A DNA stretch of 64,000 nt from assembly GCA_965287045.1 (NCBI GenBank), contig OZ336871.1, positions 56,296,001 to 56,360,000 of the forward strand. The letters run 5' to 3'. The translations under genes were made by a program, and so were the position numbers. Numbering within the stretch: the stretch's first letter is position 1; each line of letters opens with the position of its first letter. Below are positions 1 to 12,103 of the stretch, in pieces. Source of the stretch: Carcharhinus amblyrhynchos. Taxonomy: Eukaryota. The notes beneath the pieces were generated by a model, which did no database searches, had not been told where the DNA came from, and saw nothing but the letters and a program-made list of their open reading frames with translations.

Positions 1-1760
1 GGCCAACATTTGTTGTGCATCCCCAACTGTCCTTGAGAAAGTGGCGAGCTGCCTTCATGAACTGCTGTGGTCCATTTGGTATAGGCACATCTGCAATGTT
101 GTTAGGGAGGGTGCGCCAGTATTGTGACCCAACCGCAGTGAAGGAACAGGGAAATATTTCCAAGTCAGGATGGTGTGTGACTTGGAGGGAAATTTGCAGA
201 AAGTGGTGTTGCCATGCACCTGCTGCCCTTGTCTTTCTAGAATCTGGTGGTTATTGGTTTGGAAGGTCTTGTCTAAGGGTGGTGAGTGAGTGGAATCGGC
301 TGCCATCAGTGGCGGTAGAGGCGAACTCTCTGGGGCCTTTTAAAAGACTTCTGGATGAGTACATGGGATTTAATGGGATTGGGAGTTATAGATAGTTCTA
401 TGGCCTGGTAGGTATGGATATGATCGGCGCAACTTGTGGGCCGAAGGGCCTGTTTGTGCTGTAGTGTTCTATGTTCTAAGAAGCCTTGATGAGTTCCTGC
501 AGTACTTCTTGTAGATAATATACACTGCTGCTACTGAGCATCAGTGTTGGAGCAAGTGGATGTTTATGGATGGGATGCCAATCAAGTAGGCTACTTTGTC
601 CTGGATGGTGTCAAGCTTCTTGAGTGTTGTTGGAGCTGCATGCATCCAGGCAAGTAGAGAGCATTCCTTCATACTCTTAATGTGCCTTATAGATGGTGGG
701 CAGCCTCAGGGAGCAATCTTGCCAGCTCATCAAGTGGCAAACTGGCAAGATCAGGCGAGAGGGGTAAAACAGGGTTCACGGCCAGTTCCCCGCCTCTCAT
801 GATGCTACCGGCTCAGATCTGCTTGAGGTTGATTTAAATATTCATGATGTTGCGGGTGGAATCTAAAGGGATGTGGGCTTATGGGGAAGGGTGGGGCATA
901 AAGGGGGATGGTCCAATGAAGGGGAGCCAGTGCATTGGGGAGCTCAATAGGTGAGGATACTTTGCACCAGGAATGACTGTGGTGGTGATCAGCCGGGGTA
1001 AATGGGAGTGTTGATTGGTCGGGTGAGAGGAATTGGGGACAGCAATTTGCTGGGGAGTGCAAAAATAGAGGTGGCAATCCACTGGGGGGTGGGGTCATGA
1101 TCAGGGGGAGCAATCGGGGGCAGGGAGTGTTGGGATATCCGGGGGGTTGGGGTGTGACAGATCTCAGTGCACTGTGTACACTGAAGATCAGGGCAGCTGT
1201 GCAATAGCATTCCTACAACTCAGCAGCTAGCTTCCTGGCATGAATTGGCTCTGCCCACTCCCCCTACTGGTGACCATCACATTTTGCCTCATTAACGATT
1301 GCACCCAGATGCTCGCCCAAAATACAGGTGGGATTCTCTCCTGTTTTCATGTTCATTTGATACTTAGAAGTTATTTGTTAAGATGGCCCATTTAGACTTT
1401 GACCTGTTCTTGTAGCCACAGAATTTATATGGCTAGTCCAGTTCACTTTCTGGTCAATGGTAACCTGCAGGTTGTTGTTAGTGGGACATTCAGCGATGGT
1501 CATGCCATTGAATATCAAGGGCCAGTGATTAAAATCTCTCTTGTTGGTGACAGTCATTACCTGATACTTGTATGGTGTGAATTTTGCTTGTTATCTGTCA
1601 TCCCAAGCCTGCATATCATCCACGTCTTGCTGCATTTGGACGTGGGCTGCTTCAGTATCCGAGGAGTCGCAAATGATGCTGAACATTATGCAATCATCAG
1701 CAAACATCCCCACTACTAATGTTATGATGGAAGGAAAATCATTGAAATCCAAAATGCAAT
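1..1760 (-). mobile_element. Degraded non-LTR retrotransposon (CR1/L2-group, 'LINE family B'), RT and 3' end, interrupted by younger inserts
   Basis: Minus-strand RT motif 'VGMFADDCIMFS' (ORF 1591-1815). The 3' terminus at 1-60 is homologous to the + strand copy ending near 49790. Interrupted by a CR1 3' end (278-474) and an unclassified GC-rich insert (~700-1390). Confidence 0.7.
278..474 (+). mobile_element. 5'-truncated CR1 LINE 3' end with 6-bp TSD
   Basis: Encodes a CR1 ORF2 C-terminus (RVVSEWNRLP..VEA..FKRLLDEYM). Has the 3' stem-loop GGGCCGAAGGGCCTG and a (TGTTCTA)n tail. TCTAAG is repeated at 272-277 and 475-480. Confidence 0.9.
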
Positions 1761-1782
1761 TGGCCCCAAGAGTTTCACATAA

Positions 1783-1945
1783 AGGATAATTGTTTTGTAC
1801 TAATCTTTTCTCCAATAAAGATATCGCTTCTATTAATTTTAATCACGATAAAGATACTGCCCCATTAATCCTAAATTCAATAAAGATACTGCCCATATAA
1901 ATCCCAGCTTTAATAAAGATATCACAGTTATTTATCCATCCAAAT
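1783..1945. repeat. Degenerate 33-bp minisatellite, block 1
   Basis: Tandem units resembling AATAAAGATACTGCCCCTATTAATCCTAACCCC. Confidence 0.7.
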
Positions 1946-3107
1946 AGAGAACATAAAATAAATGAACTGGGGTAGACTATAAAGGCTTTGAGCCTCCTCC
2001 ACTATTCAGTATGACTGTGGCACATTTTCTGTCTCAACTCCAGTTTCCCGCCCAGACTCCCAGAGGGATCCACACTCTGTCTGTCTCAGGCTTGAATATG
2101 TTCAGTGATGGAACCTCTGGGTTAGAGCTCCAAAGAAATACAACATTCTGAGTAATGAAAATTCTCATCTCTGTCCTAAATAACTAGCAACTTACCCTGA
2201 GACAGTGTCCTCTACATCCATTCTAGATTCCCCAAAAAGGGGAAACAATCTTCTGGTGTCCACTCTGTCAGCTACTCTTCAGAACCTTCTAATATTCAAT
2301 GAAATTGCTTCCTGTTCTTTTAAAGTCCAGAGAGTATCAGCCCAATTCACTCAGCCTCACATTAGAGAGCAACTGTCTCATCCAAGGAACCAATCTAATG
2401 AACCTTTGCTGTGCTGGCTCCAAGGCAAATATATGCTTCCTTAGAAATGGGGACCATAACTGCACACAGTATACCAAGTGTGACCTGAGCAATTCTCTAT
2501 ACAATTAGAAAAAGACTTATTATTTTACTTCAACCCCTTTGCAATAAAGGCAAACTTGCTATTTGTCTTCCTAATTGTTGCTGTATCTGCACACTAACTT
2601 TCTACATTCCTTGTACTTGCACACTTAAGTCTCTATGGCCATCAAGACTAAAAGATTAAAATATTAACAGAATACTTTTTTGAAGTATTCCAGTTTCTAT
2701 TGTTACCACAAAGCAAATTACCTGATACTTCCCAGATTATACACTGTCTGCCACCTTGTTGCCCATTCACTTAATCTGTCAACATCTCTTTGTATCCTCC
2801 TTACAGATTGCATTTCCACCATGTACTATCAGTGAATTTGGATGCATTACTCTTGCTCTCTTCACCTTAGTTATTGAAATAGATTGTAAATAGCTAAGAC
2901 CCCGCATTGATGCATGTGGCACTCCAGCAGTTATAGCCTGACAAGGTGAAAATGCTGCATTTATTCCAACTCACTAAATCCTGTTCATTGCCCAATTCTC
3001 CATCTAAGCTAATATATTATTCCAAACACAAGCCCTTATTTTGCATATTAACCTTTTACATGGCACCTAAAAGAATTTTTATCTAAGTGTATTCTTAAGA
3101 CTTCATT

Positions 3108-3798
3108 AAGAACATAAGAAATAGGAGCAGGAGTAGGCCATCTGGCCCTTCGAGCCTGCCCCGCCATTCAATAAGATCATGGCTGATCTGTCGTGGCTCA
3201 GTTCCACTTTCCCGCCCTCTCCCCATAACCCTTAATCCCCTCTCTTATCAAAAACCCATCAACCCGCTTCTTAAAAATATTTAGCGAGGCAGCCTCCACC
3301 ACTTCAACGGGCAGAGAATTCCAGAGATTCACCACCCTTTGAGTGAAGAAGTTCCTCCTCAACTCCGTTCTGAACCGCCCCCCCTTTATCTTGAGGCTGT
3401 GCCCCCTAGTCCTACTGTCTTTTTTGAGCGGGAAGAGTCTTTCCACCTCTATCCTATCCATCCCATTCATCATCTTATACGTCTCAATGAGATCTCCCCT
3501 CATTCTTCTAAACTCTAACGAGTACAAGCCTAGTTTATTCAGCCTCTCCTCATAGCTCAACCCCCTCAACTCCGGTATCAGCCTAGTAAACCTCCTCTGC
3601 ACTCCCTCCAAGGCCAAAATATCCTTGCACAGGTGCGGCGCCCAAAACTGCACACAGTACTCCAGCTGCGGCCTCACCAATGCCCTATACAGCTGCAGCA
3701 AGACCTCCCTACTTTTATATTCAATCCCCCTCGCTATGAAGGCCAGCATCCCATTCGCCTTCCTGACCACCTGCTGCACCTGCAGGCTGGGTTTTTGC
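3108..3798 (-). mobile_element. Young 5'-truncated CR1 LINE (RT C-terminal part plus 3'UTR)
   Basis: Open frame 3198-3842 encodes CR1 ORF2 C-terminal motifs (LYRALVRPQLEYCVQFW, RRMRGDLIETYK, FFTQRVVNLWNSLP). Ends in a (TTCTTATG)n tail. Confidence 0.95.
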
Positions 3799-4258
3799 AG
3801 ATACCAATAATAGCAGATACCAACATTTTTCCAACTATTCATGTTAAGCTAACAGTATGGCCTGTATTTCCCTGCTTTTTCTCTGCCTTCTTTTTTGAAT
3901 TGTAGTGTTATATTTGCTGACTTCCAATCTAATGGGACTATTCTAAAATCTAGAAATGTAGGTAAATTATAAGCAATGAACCCAACTATCTCTGCAGCTA
4001 CTGCTTTTAGAACTCTAGGATGTAGAACATCAGCTCTTCAAGATTTGCTGGCTTTTAGCTCCATGAGTCTTTCTGATACTTTTTCAATGCTGATATTAAT
4101 TATTTTATGCTCCTCAGTCTTATTAACCTCTTTGTTACATTCTATTTCAAGATGTAATTTGAGTCATCCATTATGAAGTCGGAAACAAAAAATTTTATCT
4201 CCAATATTTTCATCACATGATCATTTTCTGTCTGTGCCTACAAGGAACCAGGAACTTT

Positions 4259-4395
4259 AGCAAAAGGCAAAATACTGTAGACGCTGGAATCTGAAACAAA
4301 AACAGAAAATGCTGGAAAAACTCAGCAGGTCTGACAGCATCTGTGGAAAGAGAATAGAGCCAACATTTCAAGTCAGGGTTACCCTTCCAAAGGTA
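4259..4395. mobile_element. Penelope-like short repeat fragment
   Basis: Same family as 11110-11530, 43893-43997, 57024-57115 and 61116-61290 (shared AAAATGCTGGAAAA..CAGCAGGTCTGACAGCATCTGTGG). Confidence 0.55.
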
Positions 4396-5067
4396 TTTTT
4401 CAGTCTACTAACTAAATTAACGATAGCCTACTCTCCTGTCATATCAATGTAATTGGCTTTATTTTTGCTTACAATTCTTATTTTGGACTCAGATTTGTCA
4501 GTCTCAAATTTAACATAGAAAAACAATTGTTTTTCTGAGGAGATCTTTTGTTTCGAGTTTATTAATTAGTTCAGAATCATTGCACAATGCTAGATCTAAA
4601 ATAATTTTGTCTCAAGTTGGTACCACAAAATATTGTTCTAGTAAGCTGTTCCATAAACAGTCTACAAATTAATCTTCCAGACTACCTTTGCTAACTTAAT
4701 TTGTCCAGTTTATATGAAGATTAAAGTCCTAATGATTATTACATTGTCTTTATTATAATCTCCAAGTGTTCTTGCTTAATGTTCTGTCTAATGGTATAGT
4801 GACTATTAGGAGATCCATAAAACATTTCCTCCAGCCTTTGTTATTCCTAATCATCCTTACTGATTCTGTTTCTTGGTCCTTTCTTTCAAGATTCTTTCTT
4901 CCTACAGTCCTTATGTTATCCTTAATTCTTAGAACTACCCCAACTCTTTTCCTTCCTGCTTACCTTTGTTGGGAGGAATCTTACTGGCCCTACAGGAGTA
5001 AGTTTGGAAGTGGTTCAGGAAACAAAATTTGGAAGTTACTTGTTGAATCAGCTCCTCAACACATTCA

Positions 5068-5976
5068 TAAGAACATAAGAACATAAGAAATAGGAGCAGG
5101 AGTAGGCCATCTAGCCCTTCGAGCCTGCCCCGCCATTCAATAAGATCATGGCTGATCTGTCGTGGCTCAGTTCCACATTCCCGCCCTCTCCCCATAACCC
5201 TTAATCCCCTCTCTTATCAAAAACCCATCAACCCGCGTCTTAAAAATATTTAGCGAGGTAGCCTCCACCACCTCAATGGGCAGAGAATTCCAGAGATTCG
5301 CCACCCTTTGAGTGAAGAAGTTCCTCCTCAACTCCGTTCTAAACTGCCCCCCTTTTACCTTGAGGCTGTGCCCCCTAGTCCTACTATCCTTTCTGAGCGG
5401 GAAGAGTCTCTCCACCTCTATCCTATCCATCCCATTCATCATCTTATACGTCTCAATGAAATCTCCCCTCATTCTTCTAAACTCTAATGAGTACAAGCCT
5501 AGTTTATTCAGCCTCTCCTCATAGCTCAACCCCCTCAACTCCGGCATCAGCCTAGTAAACCTCCTCTGCACTCCCTCCAAGGCCAAAATATCCTTGCGTA
5601 AGTACGGCGCCCAAAATTGCACACAGTACTCCAGCTGCGGCCTCACCAATGCCCTATATAGCCGCAGCAAGACCTCTCAACTTTTATATTCAATCCCTCT
5701 CGCTATGAAGGCCAGCATCCCATTTGCCTTCCTGACCACCTGCTGCACCTGCAAGCTGGGTTTTTGCGACTCATGCACAATGACCCCAAGGTCCCTCTGC
5801 ACCGTCACCTGCTGCAGTTTTTCGCCACGTAAGTAATAATCCTTCCTACCATTATTCCTACCAAAGTGGACTACCTCGCACTTGCCAACATTAAATTCCA
5901 TTTGCCATTTCCTGGCCCATTCACCCAGCCTATCTAGATCCTTCTGTAGACTCTCCACACCCTCCGCGCAATTTGC
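5068..5976 (-). mobile_element. Young 5'-truncated CR1 LINE with 6-bp TSD
   Basis: ORFs 5677-5979 and 5167-5670 are one CR1 RT frame split by a single TGA. CATTCA flanks the element at 5062-5067 and 5977-5982. About 30 differences in ~680 bp versus 3108-3798 (hand count). Confidence 0.95.
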
Positions 5977-7394
5977 CATTCAGCAGTGATGGGTAGGCAA
6001 TTGGGATCAGTTAATTGTCAATTCAACAGCATACGGAGCACTTGTATGCAGCCCAAAGACCTCTCCCCTGTGGTGTCAGCCCCTTGGCAAGTGAGCAGAG
6101 CCTTGTTAAATTTAAGGCTAAAGGCCTCACAAGTAGAAAATGGCAAGGCTACTGTCTGTCCATATTGCAGTAATGCCATTCAAAGAAGAAATTATGGAGG
6201 CAGATGTCACCCACCGATGGTCATATGCCATGAACCTTATATCCATGACAGTAATGGTGACTGCAGTTTCCCCTCGACAACACCATAATTCAGTGCTCCC
6301 ACTGGTTTCACAGTGGTGTGAGTGGGAGGGAGAGGGAGGGGCATGGTGGATGCCTTGCCTCCGTCACAGGTATCCACCTGTTGTCTTTCACTGGACTGCA
6401 AACACAGCCTTTTATTTGCCACCTCCCTGAAAAGACTCCTTCATCAGCACATCTGAATGATCCTGATGCCTACGTATGTTCTAATTGTGTATCCTGGAAT
6501 ATCCATTTCCCACCTTGAAGCCTTGTATTTGTCATCGTAATTACTGTCAACTATGCGTCTCTACTTACATCACTAAATCATTTACCCTCTTACATGCATT
6601 CAGATGAAGAGCCTTTAATTTTATTATTTTGCCAGCATTATCTGCATAGACCTTATCCATGCATTGTTATTGTCAAACTCTTCCTGCCCCATTCAGCCTG
6701 TCTTTACCCAAAATTGCTACACTGCACAATTGCCTTGACCTTTTTGTTTGAATTTCTATGTCAACGTCACTTGACCACAACCACAACCACACCACCGTGC
6801 CCCTCCCCCCCCCCACAAGCAAATTCCCACTTCTTTTATTTGGAGCTCTATCCATATCTCTAGCTATATGATTTGCCAAGATGTTGGTGCCAGCCCAGTT
6901 TAATTGAAACTCATCCTAAGGGAATGGTTCCTTCTTTCCCCAATACCGGTGTTCCAAATAATGGATACCCTTCTTCCCACACCACACTTTGATCCACATG
7001 TTTAATTCTCTAAGATGCTTAATCCCATATCACTTGGCATGTGATTCAGGTAATGATCTAAAGATGACTGCCTATGTGCTTCTGCCTTTTCATCTGTATC
7101 CTAACTGCTCAAACTCTCTCAGCAAAATATCATTCCTAGTTCTGCCTATGTAGCTTGTTCCTACATGGACCACATCAACTGAATCCACCTCCTCCCACTT
7201 CAAATTCACCTTCAGCCTTCAGGAAATGTATTTAACTCTGGCATGGGCAAGCAGCAAAACCTTTGGAACTCTCAGTCACATCAGCAGAGAACAATATCTC
7301 TTCATCAGACTATACTATCCCCTTCCACCACCTCATTTCCCTTCACTCCCAGGCTTCGTGCAACATTGTACAGTGCACCCTTTGCCTTAATCTC

Positions 7395-7736
7395 AATAAT
7401 GATACTGCCTCTTTTAATCCTAAATCCAATGGAACTCACCCTGCTATTAATCACAGCTCCATTCAAGATACTGCAGCTATTAATCCTATCTAAAAAAATG
7501 CCTCAGTAACCCTAGCACCAATAAATAAACCTTCCCATTAAACCTAACCACAATAGAGATGTTGCCACTAATAATTTTAGCCCCAACAAAAATATCATCC
7601 TTACTAATCCCAACCCAAATAAATATATTGTTTTCCTAACCCTAAAATAAGTAATGATGCCTCTTAATCCTAAACCCAATAAAAATAGTGCTCCTATTAA
7701 TTCCTAACTGTGATAGAGATAATACTCATATTAATT
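7395..7736. repeat. Degenerate 33-bp minisatellite, block 2 (~10 units)
   Basis: Units such as AATAGAGATGTTGCCACTAATAATTTTAGCCCC and AACAAAAATATCATCCTTACTAATCCCAACCCA. Confidence 0.75.
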
Positions 7737-7749
7737 ATGTGAAAAAAAT

Positions 7750-9790
7750 TACGGGTCATCATTAAAAACTAATTTGGCTCACCAGAATCCTTCAGGGAAG
7801 GAAATTTGCTGCCATTATCTAATCTGGTCTACAAGTGACTCCATAACTTCTTAACTGCCCTCCAAAATGGCCCGGACTATTACAGAAAAGTCCCTGGCAT
7901 CAACCTAGGCACCATTAGCAACAAACGAACACCAGCTCGTTCAAACCTACAAAGTCCTTAGTAACATATGGGGACTTGTGTCAAAATTGGCAGAGTTGTC
8001 CTACATGGTCATACACACCAAACCATACCCTCCATCACTGTCCTTAGGTATGCCCTGTCCTACCAGCAGATCAAACCACCAGAGGTAGTATATATTCAGA
8101 GAGAATGCCTCTGGGACTCCTCAATGTCAACTCTGAATCCCACTGTCCTCATGGCATTAAGTCAAATATGGGCAAGGAGACTTCCTGCTAGCTGTCACCT
8201 ACCGCCCTCCCTCATCGGGTGAATCAGTAGTCTTTCATATTGAATACCACTTGGAAGAAGCAAGACACAGAATATTCTCTAGGTGATGATTTCAATGTCT
8301 AATACTCATAATTGGCTCTGTGGTACCACTACTGTCTGAGTTCTAAAGAATACATCCATCAGACAGCACCTATGACAGCTGGTGGGAGAGCAAACTAGAG
8401 AGAAAAGCCTTAAAACTTATTTAAACTTACTCCCAATCTACCTATCATAGATGCATCTGTCCATACCAGCATTGGTAGGAGAGAACACCTCACAATCCTT
8501 TTGAAACCAAGCTTCTTATCCTCTATCATGTTGAGTGGCATGACCACTATGCTATGTGGTAAAGTTTCAGAACAGATCTAGCAACTCAAAACTGGGCATT
8601 CATGAGGTGCTGTGGGGCCATCAGCAACAGCAGAACTGTATTCAACAACAATCTGTAATCTCATGGTCCAGTATATCCCTGACTCCACCATTCCCACCAA
8701 GCTAGTGGTTCAGCCCTGCTTTAATGAGGAATGTAGTTAAGCCTGCCAAGAGCAGTACCAGGGATACCTAATAATGAGGTGCCAGCCTAGTGAAGCTGCA
8801 ACACAGGATGAGTTGCATCCCAAACAGTGAAAGCAGCATGAGCTAAATGATCCCACAATCACTGGTCAAATTAAATGGCGAATTGTGGCGGACAATTAAC
8901 TAACTGGAGGAGGAAGCTCCAAAAACATTCCTGTTCTCAATGATGTGGGGGGCTCAGCATGTTGGTGCAACAAACAAGATTGACACATTTACCACCATCT
9001 TCAGCCACAAGCACTGAGTGGATGATCCATCTCAGCCTTCTCCTGAAGTCTCAAACAAAACAGATGCCAATCTTTAGCCTTTCACTGCATATCATATTAA
9101 GAACTGCCTTAAAGCACAAGATACAGCAAAGAACTTTGGACCCTGCCAGTATCCAGGCTGAAGGTTTTTGCTCTAGAACAAGCTGCACCCATTCCCAAGC
9201 AACTTCAGGACAGATACAGCACTCACATTTTCCAGTCAAAGTGGAAAATTTCCAAGGTTAAATCCTGTCCACAAATCCAGTACGGCCAATTATTGCCCTA
9301 TCAATCATCGTAAAGGGGTCATCAACAATTCTATCAAGTGGCACTTTCTTATCAATAGCCTGCTCACCAATATACAGTTTGGATTCTTCCAGGATCACTC
9401 AGCACCTGACCTCAAGCCTCAGTCCAAACAGGGACATAAAGAATTGAATGTTAGAGTGATTGCCCTTGACATAAAGCAGCATTTGACTGAGTGTGGCATC
9501 AAGAATTCCTAGCAAGATTGATGTCAATGGGAATCAAGGGGAAACGCTTCATTGTTTAGAGTCATACCTGGCAAAAATTAAGAATGTTTGTTTGTTGTTG
9601 GAGCACAATCATCTCATCCTCAGGACATCACTGAGGGTGGTGTCCTAGGCCCAACCATCTTTAGCTGCTTCATCAATGACCTTTCTTCCAAAATAATGTC
9701 AGAAATGGGGTTGGTTGCTGATGATTGCACAATGTTCAGGAACATTCACAACTCCTCACCTACTGAAGCAGTCAATACCAGCATGAAGCG
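7750..9790 (+). mobile_element. Decayed LINE family B copy: 5' region, endonuclease and RT
   Basis: RT motifs 'GVLGPTIFSCFINDL..MGLVADDCTMF' (ORF 9588-9812) with EN-like remnants upstream and many stops. Confidence 0.75.
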
Positions 9791-10968
9791 AATAGTGGAG
9801 ACCCATGTCTAGATTGGTCCCCACCTCATTTCCACACTGGGAGTCTTTCCTAGGTATGGCTTTGGAAGTGGATCAATTGTGCATTCCATGAAGGAAGCGC
9901 CTCATTATGATAGTTAAAATCCCAATTAGGTTGATTTCACAACATCCATGGTAATTGCTGCCAGCGAAGCCTCACACTTCCCATGCATGGAAGACACAAT
10001 CTCCTTAGAGGGCACCATCTCCTTCTGGCAGGCCAAATAACCATCAGAACCTCAGGCTTCATGTTGCAAACAAGGGGCTGCTCTCAGGCAAGTTCACTCC
10101 CTGAGCAAAAACAGACCCAGTGGGCTAAGGGGTTTCTGCTCTGTCCCAATTAATCTATCATCTAGATCCTGGTTATTTGATGACTGATGCGCAAACCAGT
10201 GAGGGCACCTCTATGTTTTTGTTTAATTCATTCATGGGATCTGGGTTTCACTGGCTAGGCCGGCATTTATTGCCTATCCTCCAATTATCCACTCTCTAAT
10301 TGCCCTTCAGGAAGTTTAAGTATATTTATTAGTGTGACAAGTGGGCTTACATTAACACTGCAATGACATTACTGTGAAAATCCCCTAGTCGCCACACTCC
10401 GGCATCTGTTTGGGTACTGAGAGAGAATTTAGCATGGCAAATGCACCTAACCTGCACGTCTTTCAGAATGTAGAAGGAAACCGGAGCACCTGGAGGAAAC
10501 CCACACAGACACAAGGAGAATGGGGAGAATGTGCAAACTCTGCACAGAGAGTGACCCAAGCTGGGAATCAAACCTGGGTCCTGGCATTGTGAGGCAGTAG
10601 TGCTAACCACTGTGCCGCTGTACTACCATAAAGGCAACTTTGTTCTGCCCATGGTATTTCTGACCTGCGTCAAGGTGCTGAAAGGCTCCACTGACAGCAA
10701 TTACCATGAACATTCTGAAATCACCCGAACTGGGATTATAACTATCATAATGAGGTGCTTCCTTCATGGAATGGACAATCGATCCACTTCCAAAGCCATA
10801 GCTAGGAAAGACCGCTAGTGTGGGAATGAGATGGGGACCCCAGACATGGGTCCCCACTATTTGCTGCATGTGGGCATGGACTGTCCCAGCATGTGAGGAG
10901 TTGTAAATGTTCCTCAACAACCATCCCCATTTTCAACCTTATTTTGGAGGGAAGATCATTGATGAAGC
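9667..10968. repeat. Inverted duplication (arms 9667-9972 and 10683-10968)
   Basis: The reverse complement of 10683-10968 aligns co-linearly with 9667-9972 (for example TATGGCTTTGGAAGTGGATC and CCTCATTATGATAGTTA), at roughly 80% identity by eye. Confidence 0.9.
10312..10618 (-). mobile_element. HE1-type V-SINE with non-CR1 tail
   Basis: tRNA-derived head (GGCACAGTGGTTAGCACT..), V-domain, and tail ..TAATGTAAGCCCACTTGTCACACTAATAAAT. Confidence 0.85.
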
Positions 10969-10969
10969 C

Positions 10970-11720
10970 AAAATAACCCCACCTATCTTAATTTAATGCC
11001 AATAAATTGCCCTGTATAAATTTCATAGCAATAAATATACCTTGTCTGTTATTCCTAATCTCAAAAGGTACCTCTCATTTCATTCCAACCACAATAAAAA
11101 AACACCACGATAAAGGCAAATTACTGTGGATGTGGAATGTGAAACAAAAACAGAAAATGCTGGAAAATCTCAGCAGGTCTGACAGCATCTGTGGAGAGAG
11201 AATAGAGCCAACGTTTCAAATCAGAATGACTCTTCCTCAGAACTCTGGCTCTATTCTCTCCCAGTCAGAAGCCTCGCAACACCAGGTTAAAGTCCAACAG
11301 GTTTATTTGATAGTAAACGCCACAAGCTTTGGGAACGCTGTTTCTTTGTCAGGTGAGCGGAAAGAACAGCATTCCGAAAGCTTGTGGGCTTACTATCAAA
11401 TAAACCTGTTGGACTTTAACCTGGTGTTGTGAGATTTTTTACTTTGTTTACTCCAGTCCAGCGCCAGCATCTCCACATCTATTCTCTCCCCACAGATACT
11501 GTCAGATCTGCTGAGATTTTCTAGCATTTACAATAAAGACATTTCTGTAAATCCTAAAAACCCAATGAAGAAACATTCCCATCAATTTCAAACCAAAGAT
11601 CTCTACGAATCCTAACTCCATTAAAAGTGCCACTTCTATTAATCCCAAATCTACTAGACACCACCCTTAATAATCGCAAACCCAATTTAAATACCGCCCC
11701 ATTCATCATAATCCAATAGA
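10970..11720. repeat. 33-bp minisatellite blocks 3 and 4 (10970-11110 and 11530-11720), split by a nested Penelope-like insert
   Basis: The same AATAAA..ATTAATCCTAA unit lies on both sides of the insert. Confidence 0.6.
11110..11530. mobile_element. Nested Penelope-like inverted-repeat elements; the inner element (11263-11477) has a 13-bp TSD
   Basis: Outer arms are inverted, and the inner element is itself a long inverted repeat (CAACACCAGGTTAAAGTCCAACAGG / CCTGTTGGACTTTAACCTGGTGTTG). TCTATTCTCTCCC occurs at 11250-11262 and 11478-11490. Confidence 0.7.
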
Positions 11721-12103
11721 GTCTATTCATTTTGACGTTAGCGGGACGGGAACTATAAGCCCTGCTGCTTTTGACTTTCCTAAATGCTGCGAATTACTGA
11801 TCGAATAAGACACCCATTAGCTTCGTTTTTTGCTCAGTCTTAAAGAGATTCACATAAATTGATCGCACACAGAAACATCTGAACTGTTCGCTGCTGGAGC
11901 CATCCGCTCTCTTGTAGAATGAGGAACTTTTAATGACTTGGGGCAATTTGGGGGATTGTAATCCTCATTTGTGTAAAACTTGTGCCTCAACCAAGTTGCA
12001 GCGATCGAGTTGGGGTTGGTCACAAACGTAAATAAAACAAAAAAAGTCTCATGAAAATTAGGATCCTACATCATTTAGGGTGGAATATAACTCTCTCACT
12101 TAC

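Larger units (their letters stand above)
1946..7340 (-). mobile_element. Old, decayed, near full-length CR1 LINE hosting younger insertions
   Basis: 3' tail remnant near 1946, then decayed RT/EN sequence, then ORF1 (esterase) remnants at ~6550-7330 that resemble 17720-18540. No intact ORF. Confidence 0.7.

Noticed and set aside
10603-10920. 105-aa ORF in the inverted-repeat arm as a gene
   Set aside because: The homologous arm has stops in this frame, and the ORF is stitched from LINE, unique and SINE sequence.
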